Shown: positions 12,791-27,700 of the stretch, in pieces | Numbering within the stretch: the first letter of the stretch is position 1 | Layout of the letters: the number at the start of each line of letters is the position of its first letter | DNA from: Setoptus koraiensis | Lineage: Eukaryota > Animalia > Arthropoda | Assembly (NCBI GenBank): GCA_048013815.1 | Contig: CM106586.1 | Coordinates: 6,572,001 to 6,636,000 of the forward strand | Direction: 5' to 3' | Length of the DNA stretch: 64,000 nt | Program-made: the position numbers and the translations under genes | Notes under the pieces: generated by a model | What the model saw: the letters and a program-made list of their open reading frames with translations, nothing else | The model's database searches: none | What the model was told of the DNA's origin: nothing

Positions 12791-15700
12791 ATTGATGTCA
12801 AAAAAGACGGCAATTGTTACACAGGTCAATTAGAAATACAGAATATAACCATAGAAGATGCTGGCAAATACAAAGTGGTGGCTAAAAATGAACTGGGCGA
12901 ATCTCAGGCATCAATTAGTTTAAATTTTGATGCCGACGAAGCGGCCGCCCCGGCGGATGGCATCAAGCCAACATTCATTGAAAAGCCAGTAATAAATCAA
13001 TCAAACAATTGTTCATTGATACGATTTGATTGCAAATTATTAGCAGATCCAAAGCCACACATTCAATGGTTACACAATGGAGAACCCATCAATTTACAAG
13101 ATAGTAAATACAAAAATGTTCAAAGTATTTTGGTGGCTCAAGAGCATGATGACAAAACAACAACAACAGCTAACGCTACCAGCAGTAGCAATGTCTATTT
13201 AGTGACGCTTCAATTGAAAGATGTAGACTCTGTATTAAGTGGCGATTACAAGTGTATCGCCACCAATAAACATGGTCAAAGTCAAGCTTCTATTTGTTTA
13301 AATTTCGATAAAGGCAAACCGAAGCTTCCTGAGGGTTGGGCGCCAAAATTTCCACGAAAACCAACAATCAGGCAATCAGGTTCAAGTTTGATATTAGAAT
13401 GTTTACTAGATTCAAAACCAAAACCTATTATAACATGGTATCACGGTTCAGATGTAGTACATCAAGATGCTAGACACGTGATGTTGGAAACACCAGTCAG
13501 AACAAAAGCCGAATTGTTATCGTTAGGCTTGAGGGAGGCAGATATTATTGCATTAGGTGGCGATATTGAGTTGGGGGGCTCTACATCGTCATCGGCAAAA
13601 TTAAGTTCGTCATCGTCGTCGCTCATAAAAGATGTTTACATATTAACCATGGAAATAATATCTCCAACAACTACAGATGGTGGCTCATACAGATGTAATG
13701 CCCAAAATAATTTGGGTGAATCAAATGCCAATATTTCGCTCAATTTTCAAGGGGCTCAGCAAGTTATAACCGAGGAGGATGAAGACGAAGCAAAAAGTGC
13801 AGAACAAACAAAACAACAAATGAGGAGATCTAGCAACGAATCTAATGCTTCTAGCACTTCTAGTCTACAACCGAAACTCTTGTCAAAGCCACAAATAATA
13901 TTTGAAAATGAAAGTCGTCTAGTTAGAATGGAATGTCACGTGTGGTCGAGCTTGAAGGCCAAACAGCTCACATATGAATGGTTCAAAGAATCGTCATTAA
14001 TTAAGAGCTCTAGCAGTTTTAAGCAATCTATAAAAACCTTGGGAACTAGTAATGGTGGTCAGGAGTACTTGGTAACGATGGACATAGCAGATGTTAATGA
14101 CAAACACAGTGGTCCATACAAGTGCATAATTAAGAATGATCATGGTGAGACCACTGCATCAATAAATTTGCAACTATCAACAGAAGAACAACAAAATCAC
14201 CAAACATCTAATCAAGAAGATCTGACTTCTACGGGCAAAGCACCAACTTTTGTTAAAAAACCGGAAATAATACCTTCTGAAAATGGAAATGCTATCAAGA
14301 TGATATGTCTGGTAAAGTCATCAACACGTTTAACAATATCATGGTTCAATGATGGCCAACAGGTTCTATTTGATGAACGAGTCAAACAATCGACCAAATT
14401 AGATCACGATGAACAAGTTTATACAATTTGTTTGGATATCAAAGATGTTCAAATAAGCGATGCGGGAGTGTATAAATGTCATATCAAAAATATACATGGA
14501 GAATGTACAGCAAATCTATCTTTGAACATAGAGGTGATTCCGATTATCATACAGAAACCAAAGATTGTGAAAAAAGATAAGAAATTACGTAAGATCACAA
14601 TAGAGTGCTTAATTGGCAGTAATGAACAACCTGAATGTGTGTGGGAGAAAGAACAATCCAAGGTTCGCCAAGATTATAGGCATAAGACTGAAGTTAAGAA
14701 AGTTACAAAAGGTCAATATGCTGTAAGCTTGGACATAAACTCTGCAACATCTAATGATTCTGGTCAATATAGGTTAGTGGCTCGCAATGAAAAAGGTGAA
14801 ACAATCTCTGAGCCAGTGCATGTTGATATGGATAGTGATGGCGAAGATGGAAAAGAATCAGGTGATAAGAAGCCAAAAATAACAGATAAACTACAATCCA
14901 AGACGTGCACTGTTGGTGAAACCATTGAACTTGTGTGTAAATATAAGTGCACAGAAAAAGTCACTATAACTTGGAGAAAGAATACTCGAATTATAAGAGA
15001 ATCCTCTTCGTATAGCGATCAAGTTGTAAAAATTGAAAGCGACTCCAACTCAAGCCGACTTATCCTCAAGAACGTCAACAAAGATAGCCAGGGTACTTAC
15101 ACAGTTTCGATCACAAACAGTCATGGCTCTGAAGAGAGCGAAGCTATTGTGACAGTAAATGAGAAGCGACAACAAAAGCGTCAAGATGATGAAGAGGAAC
15201 AAGCTGAAGAGGAACAAAAGCGTGACATCAAAAAGAGAAAGGATGAAGAGCAAAAACAACAACAAGATGGGGATGTTCCAATGGATGTTGATGATGTTCC
15301 CAAACGAAGTGCGGTAGGAGACGAGAATGTTTCACCCGCTGAATCTCGTCGAACATCAAACGCCTCGACAATCGGTAACGAGGAACCTGCATCCAGGAAG
15401 ATTTCCAAAAAGAAAAAAGTAACTCCAAATCTACTATCTCCATCACAAGTGACCAATGAAGCATCGACGAATGAAGATATCGTTGAGGAGGAACAACAGA
15501 AACCAAAGAGAACACTAAGCAAGAAGCGTTTATCAAGTAGTATAAAACCTCTCAAGCCTAATGATGAAGAATCGCCTATGGATACATCAGCTGCAAACGA
15601 GGATGAAGTTGCCCGAAAGCCTAGCGTCAAAAAGCGTTTGTCGACCTCATCCACAGCATCTAAGGCTGATAGTGTTTTAGATAAATTAGAACATCCAGAA

Positions 15701-18700
15701 TTGGGGGAACAGAGCGATGAAAAGCCCAAGGTCAAGAAAGTTAAGAAGATTGTCTCTGTAAAGAAAAAGAAGTCACCACTAGATGTCGATGGAAGCTCGC
15801 CATCAAACAGTCGCGCAAGCAGTAGAAGAAACTCAAATGAATCTGTTGCTTCTATAGCATCAACTGTTACGGGAATTGGAGCACAACAACAAGATTTGTC
15901 ATCATCTTCATTGTTACGCAAGTCTAGCTCAGCGTCTCAACGAGATGATCAGGAAGCTCAGCAAAGCGATTCAATAGTAGATACAATGCAACAACCTAAG
16001 AGAACTACATCAACGTCATCCTTGAGTGGCGCTAAAACAATGAATAAAGCTAGCGAAAACTCGCTAGGTCCTGAGGGAGTCAACGGCACTAATAAAGCAG
16101 ATGACAATGCTACATCGTTGTTACCGCCTCACAAGAGGACACCATCTGCTAAGAGGGCTTCGGTGAAGTCTATGAAATCATCTTTAGCTGATGTTGATGA
16201 GCAGAATACATTGGAGATACAAGTTAATGATGGAAAGTTGGGAACAACTAAACCACTTAAGAAACGTCTAAGTACAAAAAGTAAAGAAGGTAAAGATACT
16301 GAGGGTAATGTGAGCAATGATAATACCCCAAGAGCATCTATAAGCGAACCAGTTTCAACAAGCAGAAAATCGTCATCAGCATCTTCTATCAATGATCAAG
16401 CAAGTGAGCCACAAGCAAATACTAAACAGCAAGTGCCCTCAGTGAGATTGAATAGAGATAGAATTCCATCAGTGTCTGTAGAACCTGCGGCCACTCATAC
16501 AACACAAGATAGCCAGAAGCTTGACCAACCAAAATCGCAGACATCATCTTCATTGTCGGCCAGGCGCCGATTATCGTCTCAACAAAAACAAGAACAAGAG
16601 ACCTCTGATAATTCTAATGCTAAGTTGCGTGATACTCCTAGCCCAAGACTGAGTATAAGCAGTAGTCATGATGAAAGTCAAGAACGTCAACTAGAGCAAC
16701 AACAAAGTGAAGAAGATAATAACGATGGTTCCCAAAAGAGACGTAGAGGAACTTATGATGGACTGAGAGGTGATTTGAGCGATAGCGAGCAGCCACAATA
16801 CCGTGGTAGATCAAACAGAGAATCGATATCTCCAACACAACAAAACACGTTATTTCCAAACATGCCAGGAGGTAGAGAACGTACTCCTGAGCAACGACAA
16901 GGCTCAGAGGGTCCAAGCAGTAGGAGGGGTAGTCTATTACCGATACCGGATAGTCCTGGCGACTCTCGCCGACCTTCTATAATAGTACCTGACGATAATA
17001 AATTGAGACCTGGTGAGATCGCGGATCGAAGGCGTCGCTCCTCAATCGATGTCCGTCGCGCTTCGGCTATCGAGGTAGAGGCTGCTGATAGGCCCTCCAC
17101 TCCGTTGAAAGCAACGGGAAAGAAGCCTGCAATCATAGATTTTCAAGACAACGTATCAGGAACTGAAGGTCATACGTCCTATCTCACATTCGGTGTGGAG
17201 GGCGATCCTGTGCCTAATCTGCGTTTCTTCAAGGGAGACTCTGAAATCTATGAAGGTGGGCGCTATCATGTTGTTACAGATGGTGATACTAATACAGTTC
17301 ATTTTTGTATCAGAAAATCCAAACCAATGGATGAATCGAGATACAAAATAATCGCATCTAATATTCATGGCGAAGACACAGCTTACATTCAGTTGTTTGT
17401 CTCAGATGAGTCTGGTATGGACTTTAGAGCGATGCTTAAGCACAGACAATATGCCAAATGGAAACGGGACCAAGATGACCCAAATTGGGGCAATCTGAAA
17501 GGTGTTGAAGAGGAAAGGTTGGCTCAAATTAAAGAACCTAAACGACCTGACAACTTCATAAAACCCTTGCAGAACCAAAAAGTTAAACAAGGCAAAGACC
17601 TCAAGGTTAGATTTGAGTGTGTTTTCTCCAAGTCTGGGGTCAAAGCCAAATGGTACAGAAACAACAAAGAAATATATCCAAACAACAAGTTTCATTTGAA
17701 CTCGACAGGAGATTTACACGTTCTAGAGATCAATTCACCATTTGTAGATGATGGTGGAAAGTATACTTGCCAGTGCTTGGATACTAAATGTTCGGCAATG
17801 TTGGAAGTTGAAGAACCCGATCCAGTTTACAAGTTCACCAAACTCTTACCAAAAGCTAAAGGTCAATACCTATACCGAGAGCTAGTTTTAGAATGCACAT
17901 GTAACAGCTACAGAGCTCAAGTTACTTGGTTCAGGGATCATGAATGCAAAAATCCAATAGAACCTAGTGAGAAATACGCCATGGAATTGGACAAATTTGG
18001 TAAGAAGTTTCTTAGAATTAAAGATTGCCAATTTACTGACAGTGGTGACTATTGTTGCCGTATTAATTCGAATCACGATGAAGTCACTAAGACTACCATT
18101 CAAATTAGTGAGAAGAAATTTCAAATAATGAAACCACTATACTCACAACGAGCGATTGAAGATGATAAAGTTGTGCTCGAGTGTGAGGTGGACGAGTATG
18201 ACGCAAAGGTCAAGTGGTATAGAAAAGATCGTGAAACCGGCAAGTGGAAAGAACTGAAACCCGAAGCGTTGAAATCAAAGGAAATCCAAGTTGACGGTAA
18301 AAAACGTCGTCTGATAATCAAAAAATGCAAATGCTCCGACGAATGCGAATACAAATGTTGTACAAATGCCGACGAGACATCTGCTGAGCTATTCGTAGAA
18401 CCCTCAAACAAGTGGCGTAAACGATTGGAGGATATCACCGTGGTAGAAGACGAGGCGTTGGTGCTAGAGGTTGAAATGATGGAACGTAAACCTGGCACAA
18501 GTCTAGTCTGGTTTAAAGGCAGTAGGGAGATTGGATCACAAGGTGGCGCAATGCAAACAACAGCTGACGAACGAGTAACATTCAAGTCGATAGATGAGAA
18601 GCAACAGTTGATTATTGAACATTCTAAGCCATCAGATGCCGGCGATTGGAGTGTCTCGTGCGGTAAGTTGAAATGTGCATGTAAAGTAACAGTGCTACCA

Positions 18701-21700
18701 GCCGAAAAGGCCCCAAAGATAAACTTTCCGACCGGAAATATAGTCGCAGAAGTTGGCAAACCTCATCAGATTGAGATACCATACAAGATAGAAGGAACGC
18801 GTCAATCAAAACCCGTCGCCACTTTAATGCGGAATGGTCAGCCAGTACCAAAAGAGAAATGTGAGGTCATAATCAAAGATGATAAAATAATTCTCAAATG
18901 GCGCTCTCCGCAGAGAGATGATGGTGATGAAAACTATGAGTTTGTCTTCGAGAATGCCAAAGGTAAGCAGTCGAAGAAATTCAAAATGGATGTACAAGGA
19001 CCTCCTGGCCCACCAGAGGGACCGCTGAAAGTGAGCGATGTTTTCAAAGATAAATGTAAACTTAAGTGGGAACGTCCCAAAGACGATGGAGGCTGTCCTA
19101 TCGCTCATTATGTGGTCGAGCGCCAAGAGATTGGTAGCGGTCGTAGCACATGGACCGAGTGCGGAGTTTCACCAGACTGCTCATTTGAATGTACAGACCT
19201 AACACCAAAGAAAGAATATCGTTTTAGAGTGAAGGCTGTGAACAAAAAAGGTGCCTCAGAACCACTCACTATGCCAAACACAATAATAGCGAAAGACCCA
19301 TACGATTCACCTACAAAACCGGAAGATGTCGTCGTTGTAAATTGGGACAAAGATTTCGCTGATCTTGAATGGAAAGCACCGGAAAAAGATGGCGGTGCGC
19401 CTATTGAGAAATACATCATTGAAGGCAAAGACAAATTTGCTTCGGATTGGTCAAAATTGATGGAAGTTCCAGCTAGCCAGGGTTGCCTTGCACACGTAAC
19501 AGAAAATCTCAGAGAGGGCTCAACTATGCAATTCCGTGTTCGAGCTGTGAACAAAGCTGGCCCAGGCGAGCCAAGCCAAGCGACGAAGCCTGTCATCCTG
19601 AAGGCCCGATTTGTCAAGCCATATATAGCAGGTCAAGGACTAACTAACATTGTTGTGAAGAAGGGTCGTCCGATCAGGTATGAGATAAGCTTCGGAGCTG
19701 AGCCTCCTCCTGAGATAACATGGATAGCAAACGATCAAGAACTAAAGAAAGAAATAGGTCATATTGAGATTGATAATATGGAAAAGAAGACCATTCTCCA
19801 GGTCACAAATACCACTAGAATCGATAGCGGCCGCTACAAGCTGATTTTGAAGAATTCTTCGGGTCAGGTCTGCAGTGAAGCCGATGTTGTGGTCTTGGAC
19901 AAGCCCAGCAGGCCAGAAGGACCTATCGTGGTTGAGGAAATAAGATCTGATCAGATGACAATCAAATGGCGCAAGCCTAAAGACACCGGTGGTCAAGATC
20001 TAGATGGCTATGTCATAGAAAAGATGAATCCTGAGAATGATCGATGGGTACCAGCCGGAGAATGTGGACCAGATTGTGAATCTTTCACCATCAAAGGACT
20101 CATCAAGAACAAAAAATACAAATTTAGGGTCAGGGCCAAGAACAAGGAGGGTGAATCAGAAGCCCTCGAAACCACGGAACCCATTCTTGCAAAGGATCCT
20201 TATGAGGAGCCTGGAAAACCTGGAGCGCCATCAATTATTGATTGGTCCGCAAATCATGCAGATTTAGAATGGACCAAGCCAACGAACGACGGTGGAGCAC
20301 CTATCGAAGGCTATATCATAGAGATGAGACCCATTGATAAAATAGGTGCCACATGGGAGCAGGCCGCTGAAGTGTCAGGTCCTGACACCAAAGCTACTGT
20401 CTTTGGCTTAATCAAAGGTCAGAAGTATCAATTCAGGGTGAAGGCTAAGAACAAAGCCGGTCCCGGAGAGGCTAGTGAAGCTTCGCAAACTCTCTTGGCG
20501 AAAGAAAGGAACCTTGCTCCCAAGATCAATAAAGCCAACTTGAAGCCCATTAGAATCAAAGCTGGTGAACAAGTTAAATTTGATGTTGAAATAGAAGGTG
20601 AACCAGCACCTGAGGTAACATGGTTTTTCAAGGGTCAACCTCTGGTCAATGGCCAAAACAATGGCCAGGTGACCCTGGATCAACCTGAGTACGAATCTCA
20701 TCTTACTCTAAAGGATTGTACTCGTGCAAACAGTGGAACTTATACTATCAAAGCTAAAAATGCAAACGGCTCTGACGAGGCTGAAGTGGAAGTAGTCGTC
20801 CTAGGCAAGCCCTCAAAACCGAAGGGTCCACTTGATGTCAGCGATGTTCATGCAGACGGTTGTACATTAAACTGGAAAAAACCAGAAGATGATGGTGGTA
20901 GTGAAGTAACCAATTACATAGTTGAAAAACGTGAGGTGGGTTCGAACGAACCATGGTCGAAAGTTTCCAGTTGTGTCATGAATGAATCGGTCAAGGTGAG
21001 ACACTTGGTTCCTGGGACCAAGTATGAATTCCGCGTTATCGCCGAAAATCTTTACGGTACTAGTGAGCCTCTCGTCACTGAGAAGCCTGTACTCGCTAAA
21101 TCTCCTTACGACACTCCTGGTGCGCCTGGAGCACCTCAAGCTGCCGAGACTACGGACAATTCAATCACTCTGACGTGGACCAAACCTAAGAACGATGGTG
21201 GCGCCCCTATTCAAGGATATGTCCTGGAGAAGAAGGGACCCGGGGATGATAATTGGACCAAAGTAACTACCGAGCCCATCACTGGCGAGAAATTCAAGGT
21301 AGGAAACCTGAAAAAGAATAGTGATTATGAATTTAGAGTGGCGGCAGTTAATGAAGCTGGTAAAGGAGACTACTCTGAGGCGAGCGGTAAAATAACTGCT
21401 CGGCCTCCGGCAAGTCCATGTAAGATCGATGGCGGTTATGTGATGCGCGATATAACCGTGAAGGTTGGTGAAAACTACAAAATAGAGGTACCTTTCACTG
21501 GATTTCCCATACCCAAGGTGGAATGGGTGCTCAATGGTGATGTGCTGAATTTAGATTCGCCAGCTAACAAAGGCAGACTGGTCGGTGAAGCAACGGAGAC
21601 ATCAATCATTCTTGAAAACAAAAATGCTCAACGGGGAGACGATGGTAACCTTGTCCTCAATATCTCTAATGAGCAGGGTTCGGACAGTACCTCATGCAGG

Positions 21701-24700
21701 ATTCATGTCGTTAGTGCTCCGTCGCCGCCCGAAGGACCTCTCCAGATCACGGACATGACACCTGAGACATGTTCGCTGTCGTGGAAGCCGCCGTTAGATG
21801 ACGGTGGTGCGCCTATCGGCAACTATGTCGTCGAACGTCAAGATCAGGCAACCATGCAATGGGTGAAATGTTCCAGCTTCGTGCGTGGAACTCACTATGA
21901 AGTCGTGGGCCTAGAACCGAATCACAAGTATATGTTCAGGGTGATGGCAGAGAACCAGTACGGTCTGTCGAAGCCATTGGAGAACCCAGACGGACAGCCA
22001 GTGACAGCTAAATTTCCATTTGATGTGCCTGGCGCACCCGGAGTGCCCGATGTTGTTGACTATGACGAGACTAGTGCAACTCTTACATGGCCCAAACCGA
22101 CTAATGATGGCGGCGCTAAAATACAAGGCTACCGATTGGAGATGAGGGACAATAGTGGTGATGGCGAGTGGGTGCCTGTCGCTGGCGACAAAGCCCTGAT
22201 AAAGGATAATGTATACAAGGTTGAGGGCCTGACAACTGGCCACAAATATGAATTTAGAGTGAAAGCTAAAAATGTAGCCGGAATGTCACTTCCAAGTGGC
22301 ACATCCAACGAGGTTGAAGCTAAATCACGTTTCAATCCACCCAGCAAACCGAGAGATTTGAAGGCAGCTAAAATTGGTAAAAACCACGTTGACCTTCAAT
22401 GGGAGCCACCCATCAGCGATGGTGGGTCCAAGGTAGTTGGTTATGTTGTTGAACGAAAGGACGCCAGCTCCAACTATTGGATTAAAGTTAATGACTCGCC
22501 ATGTCTAGACGCTCAGTGCCATTGTCCGAACTTGATTGAAAACGCCGAATACGATTTTAGAGTTTTCGCCGTGAATGAAGCCGGCAAAAGTGAACCTTGT
22601 TGCACAATAACTCCTGTAAAGGTAGAGGAATTTCCCAATGGCAAAAAACCAGAAGTTATCAAGGGACCAACATCTAAAGAGATCTCGATAGGTGACCAGT
22701 TGACGCTCGAATGTGAGGCAACGGGAAATCCAACGCCGCACGCTAGATGGTTCAAGAATGGCAAAGAAGTAATTCTCAATCAAAGAGTGAAAGCGACAGA
22801 AACGGAGAATGGAGTTTTCACTTTAACAATCACCGAAGTCATGCCAAACGATGATGGTGATTACACATGTCAGGTGACAAATCCATTAGGTAGCGACAAA
22901 TGTAGTTGCAGTATAACCATTGGTGCACCACCAGAGATAGTGCGTTGTCCTCAGGAGATAAATGCTTGCGAGCATGATAATGCTAAAATTAAAATTCCAT
23001 TTTCCTCATCTATGCCAGTGGAGGTGCAAGTTTTGAAAGATGGCAAGCCCATAAGTGAGAGCGGTGAAAATGGATCCGCTGGTGCAAGGGTGGCCTACAC
23101 TGTCTATGACGACTTCCTCACTGTGCAAGTGAACGATGTTAACAAATCAGATGAGGCTAAATACAAAGTCATAATCAAGAACAAAAGTGGCAAAGCTGAA
23201 GCCCAATTCGATCTTAACGTAACGGGACTACCCGGCGCACCGAAAGGCCCGTTGGAATTGAGCGATATTACAGAAAATTCCGCCACTGTCGGCTGGAAGG
23301 CACCAGACAACGATGGCGGAGCACCAATAGAGGGCTATGTTGTTGAAATGTTGTCCGAAGACACTCCAAACGCTACTTGGGAACCAGTGGTTGAGGTTTC
23401 TAGTCCCGCCACAAAAGCCAAAGTGAAAGGATTGAAAAAGGGAAAGAAATATAAGTTCAGAGTGAAGGCCATCAATAAGGCTGGGCCAGGTAAACCTAGC
23501 GAAGAGTCGGCCTCGTTCGTAGCTAAAGAACAAAATTCCGTTCCCAAGATAAACCGTGACCAATTGAAGCCTATTAGAATCAAGGCGGGCGAGCAACTCA
23601 AATTGGATGTAGATGTTGCCGGTGATCCGGTGCCCGAGATAACTTGGACTTTCGATGATCAGCCGATTGTTGATGGACAAAATAATGGCCAAGTTAGCCT
23701 AGTTCAGCCCGACAACGAAACACATTTGGGTATTAAGAACTGTCAACGAGCTAATAGTGGTATTTATAAGATAAGAGCCAAAAACGAGAACGGTTTCGAT
23801 GAAGCTGAAGTAGAGGTGATTGTTTTAGGGAAGCCAGGGAAACCCGAGGGTCCCCTTGATGTTAGCGATGTGCACGCTGAGGGTTGCACTTTAAGCTGGA
23901 AAAAGCCAAAAGACGATGGCGGCAGCGAACTGACCAACTACATAGTTGAGAAACGTGAAGTGGGCTCAGACGCCCCTTGGTCGAAAGTTTCCAGTTGCGT
24001 TTTAAGTGAATCACTCAAAGTGCGCCACCTAAAACCCGGCACAAAGTATGAATTCCGCGTTATCGCCGAGAATCTCTATGGCACGAGCGAGCCCCTTGTT
24101 ACTGAAAAGCCTATAGTCGCTAAATCTCCTTACAACACTCCTGGTGCGCCTGGAGCTCCTCAAGCTGCCGAGACTACGGACAATTCAATCACTCTGACGT
24201 GGACCAAACCTAAAAACGATGGTGGCGCCCCAGTTCAAGGGTACATCTTGGAGAAGAAGGGACCCGGGGATGATAATTGGACCAAAGTAACTACCGAGCC
24301 CATCACTGGCGAGAAATTCAAGGTAGGAAACCTGAAAAAGAATAGTGATTATGAATTTAGAGTGGCGGCAGTTAATGAAGCTGGTAAAGGAGACTACTCT
24401 GAGGCGAGCGGTAAAATAACCGCACAACCGCCAGCGCGTCCCTGCAAAATTGACAGTGGTTTTATAATGCGCGACATAACTGTAAAGGTCGGGGAGGAGT
24501 ACAAGATTGAGGTACCATTCACAGGATTTCCGAGACCTAAAGTGGAATGGTCAGTGAATGGAACTGTTATATTACCAGATCAGCCTCCTAATAAAGACCG
24601 TGTTTTCAGCGAAGTCAATGAAAGCTTCATCATCTTGCTGAATAAGAGTGCCAAACGTGAAGATGATGGTCTATTAACATTGAACATATCTAACGAATTG

Positions 24701-27700
24701 GGATCCGATAGTGCGTCGTGCAGGATTCATGTCGTTAGTGCTCCGTCGCCACCCGAAGGACCTCTCCAGATCACGGACATGACACCTGAGACATGTTCGC
24801 TGTCGTGGAAGCCGCCGTTAGATGACGGTGGTGCGCCTATCGGCAACTATGTCGTCGAACGTCAAGATCAGGCAACCATGCAATGGGTGAAATGTTCCAG
24901 CTTCGTGCGTGGAACTCACTATGAAGTCGTGGGCCTAGAACCGAATCACAAGTATATGTTCAGGGTGATGGCAGAGAACCAGTACGGTCTGTCGAAGCCT
25001 TTAGAGAACCCAGACGGACAGCCAGTGACAGCTAAATTTCCATTTGACGTACCTGGCGCACCGGGAGTGCCCGATGTTGTTGACTATGACGAGACTAGTG
25101 TTAAGCTGCGTTGGACTAAACCCTTGAGCGACGGAGGCTCCAAATTGCACGGATACAAATTGGAGGTTCGTGACAATACGGCAGGCGGCGACTGGGTGCC
25201 TGTCGTTGGCGACACTACTTTACTCAAAGACACTGAATACAAGGTGGACAACTTGATCACGGGCCACAATTACGAGTTTAGGGTCAAGGCCAAGAACGCG
25301 GCCGGTTTCTCGTTGCCCAGCAAGTCCTCGTCCGAGGTGACGGCAAAATCACGTTTTAATGCACCTGGTGCACCTAGGAACTTGAGAGTGACAAAAGTAG
25401 GCAAGAATCATGTGGACCTCAAATGGGACAAGCCTATCTCAGATGGTGGCTCCAAGATAACAGGTTACGCAGTTGAACGAAAAGAAGCAAACAGTTCGTA
25501 CTGGATGAAGGTCAATGATTTTGGTTGCATCGATAGAGAATACACCTGTTACAATTTGCAGGAGAATTTCGAGTACGAGTTTAGAGTGATGGCCATCAAC
25601 GAGGCGGGCAAGAGTGAGCCGTGCACTACATTGCAACCCGTTAAAGTTCAGGAATATCCCGACGGCCAAAAGCCAGAGATAGTTAGAAAGCTAGTATCGA
25701 AGAACATTAACGTAGGCGATCATGAGGTCAAGTTAGAATGTGAGGCCATTGGTAAGCCATTGCCTCAGCCTAGATGGTTTAAGAATGGCAAAGAGCTTAT
25801 ACTGAGCCAGCGCGTTAAAGCGACCCAGACAGAAGATGGTGTTTACACCCTAACATTGACCGAAGTGATGGACAGTGACGAAGGTGATTACACCTGTCAA
25901 GTGACTAATCCATTAGGTTCGGATAGATGCACTTGTTCCGTGTCAATTGGTAGCGCGCCCTCCATACTTAAGTGTCCGTCTGAGGTTTATGTTTGCGAGA
26001 AGGACAATGCAAAAGTGAAGATTTATTTCACAGCCGCCTTACCGGTTGATGTGCAGGTTCTGAAGGACGGCAAACCAATAAGCGAGAGTGGCGAAGACGG
26101 CTCTGCTAGAGCCAGAGTGAAATACACCGTGTTTGACGATTACCTAACTGTACATCTTGGCGACGTTGATAAAAGCGACGAGGCCAATTATAAGATTATT
26201 GTGTCAAACAAGAGCGGAAAAGACGAGGCCAACTTTAATCTCGTTGTGACAAGTTTGCCTGGCCCACCGCAAGGCCCATTGGAGATCGGCGAAATTACCG
26301 AGCATTCGGTGGCATTAGCGTGGCGCCCGCCGGCCCACGATGGAGGATCGCGCATAACACACTATATTGTTCAACGACGGGACACAAGCCAATCGGCAGA
26401 CGCTTGGGTAACCACAACGAGCCAATGCAAGGATTGTCATTTCAATGTGCAAGGATTAACAAATAATAGCGAATACGAATTCCGTGTGATGGCAGTGAAC
26501 GAAAACGGCCAAAGCAATCCATTGGTTAGCACGGGACCGGTGACAGCCAAGCTACCGTTTGATCCGCCATCGCCGCCCGGCATACCGGCAGTCACCCAGA
26601 TAGGTGGCGATTTTGTCAATCTCGAATGGACCAAGCCCCAATCGGATGGCGGCTCGCGAGTGCTGGGCTATTGGATAGAAAAACGCGAGGTGGGTAGCGA
26701 GACGTGGCAACGCGTCAATCCCAGCGTCATGTGTTTGGCTAACCAGATAAATGTTAAAAATCTAATCGAAGATAGAAAGTACGAATTTAGAGTGTTCGCA
26801 GAAAACGCTGCCGGCCTGTCGAAGCCCTCGAGTAACTCTAGCGAGGCCCTCATCAGGGACCCTAACGCAATGGAGGCGCCTAATATAGTGGTTCCGTTGA
26901 AGCCAATGGTTGGCCTGGAAAATAAATCGATTGAGTTAGAATGCACTATTCAAGGAAATCCCAAGCCAAGCGTAACATGGTTCAAGGGTGTGCGTGAATT
27001 GCGCGATGGAGGTAAATATTGTATGACTCAGGAGTCGGCGCCAGGCGGCGGTGTTGTGCACAAATTAATGATTAGCAGGGTATACGGCGAAGACGAAGAC
27101 GAATACTCGTGTAGAGCCAGCAATAAAGCGGGCTCACGCACTACTAGAGCCGACGTTACTATTCAGACGGCGCCAAAATTATTTGTTCCGCCTAGACTGG
27201 CCGCTGATTTGGCCTCGTTTGATTGTGGCGAAAATGTCACACTGAAGATACCGTTTACGGGCAAACCGAAGCCCACTGTGCACTGGTACAAGGGCGACGA
27301 AGAGATTGAACCAGGGGCCCATTTCGACATTGACGTGGACGAGCGCCACACAACGCTGACCATACGCGACGCAAGTCGCCTAGATTCAGGCTTATACCGC
27401 GTGGTCGTAGAGAACAAGCTCGGCCAAGACTCCGCTCAGATCAATGTGGGCATCAGCGACAAGCCAGATCCGCCCCGTTTCCCCATGGTGGAAATGACTA
27501 CAGAAGATTCGGCCATTGTCACTTGGAAGGCGCCATTGTGGGACGGAGGTTCGCACGTAACGAATTATGTCATTGAGAAGCGCGAGTTGCCCATGACCAG
27601 TTGGGTGAGGTGCGCATCGACGCGCATGCAAACGCACGAAGTCGTCAATTTGAACTCAAGCAAAGATTACGAGTTCAGAGTGTTCGCCGAGAACATCTAC

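Noticed and set aside
13478-13631. Ig4 insertion as a retained intron
   Set aside because: The GT..AG pairs I tested (136 and 154 nt) would shift the frame.
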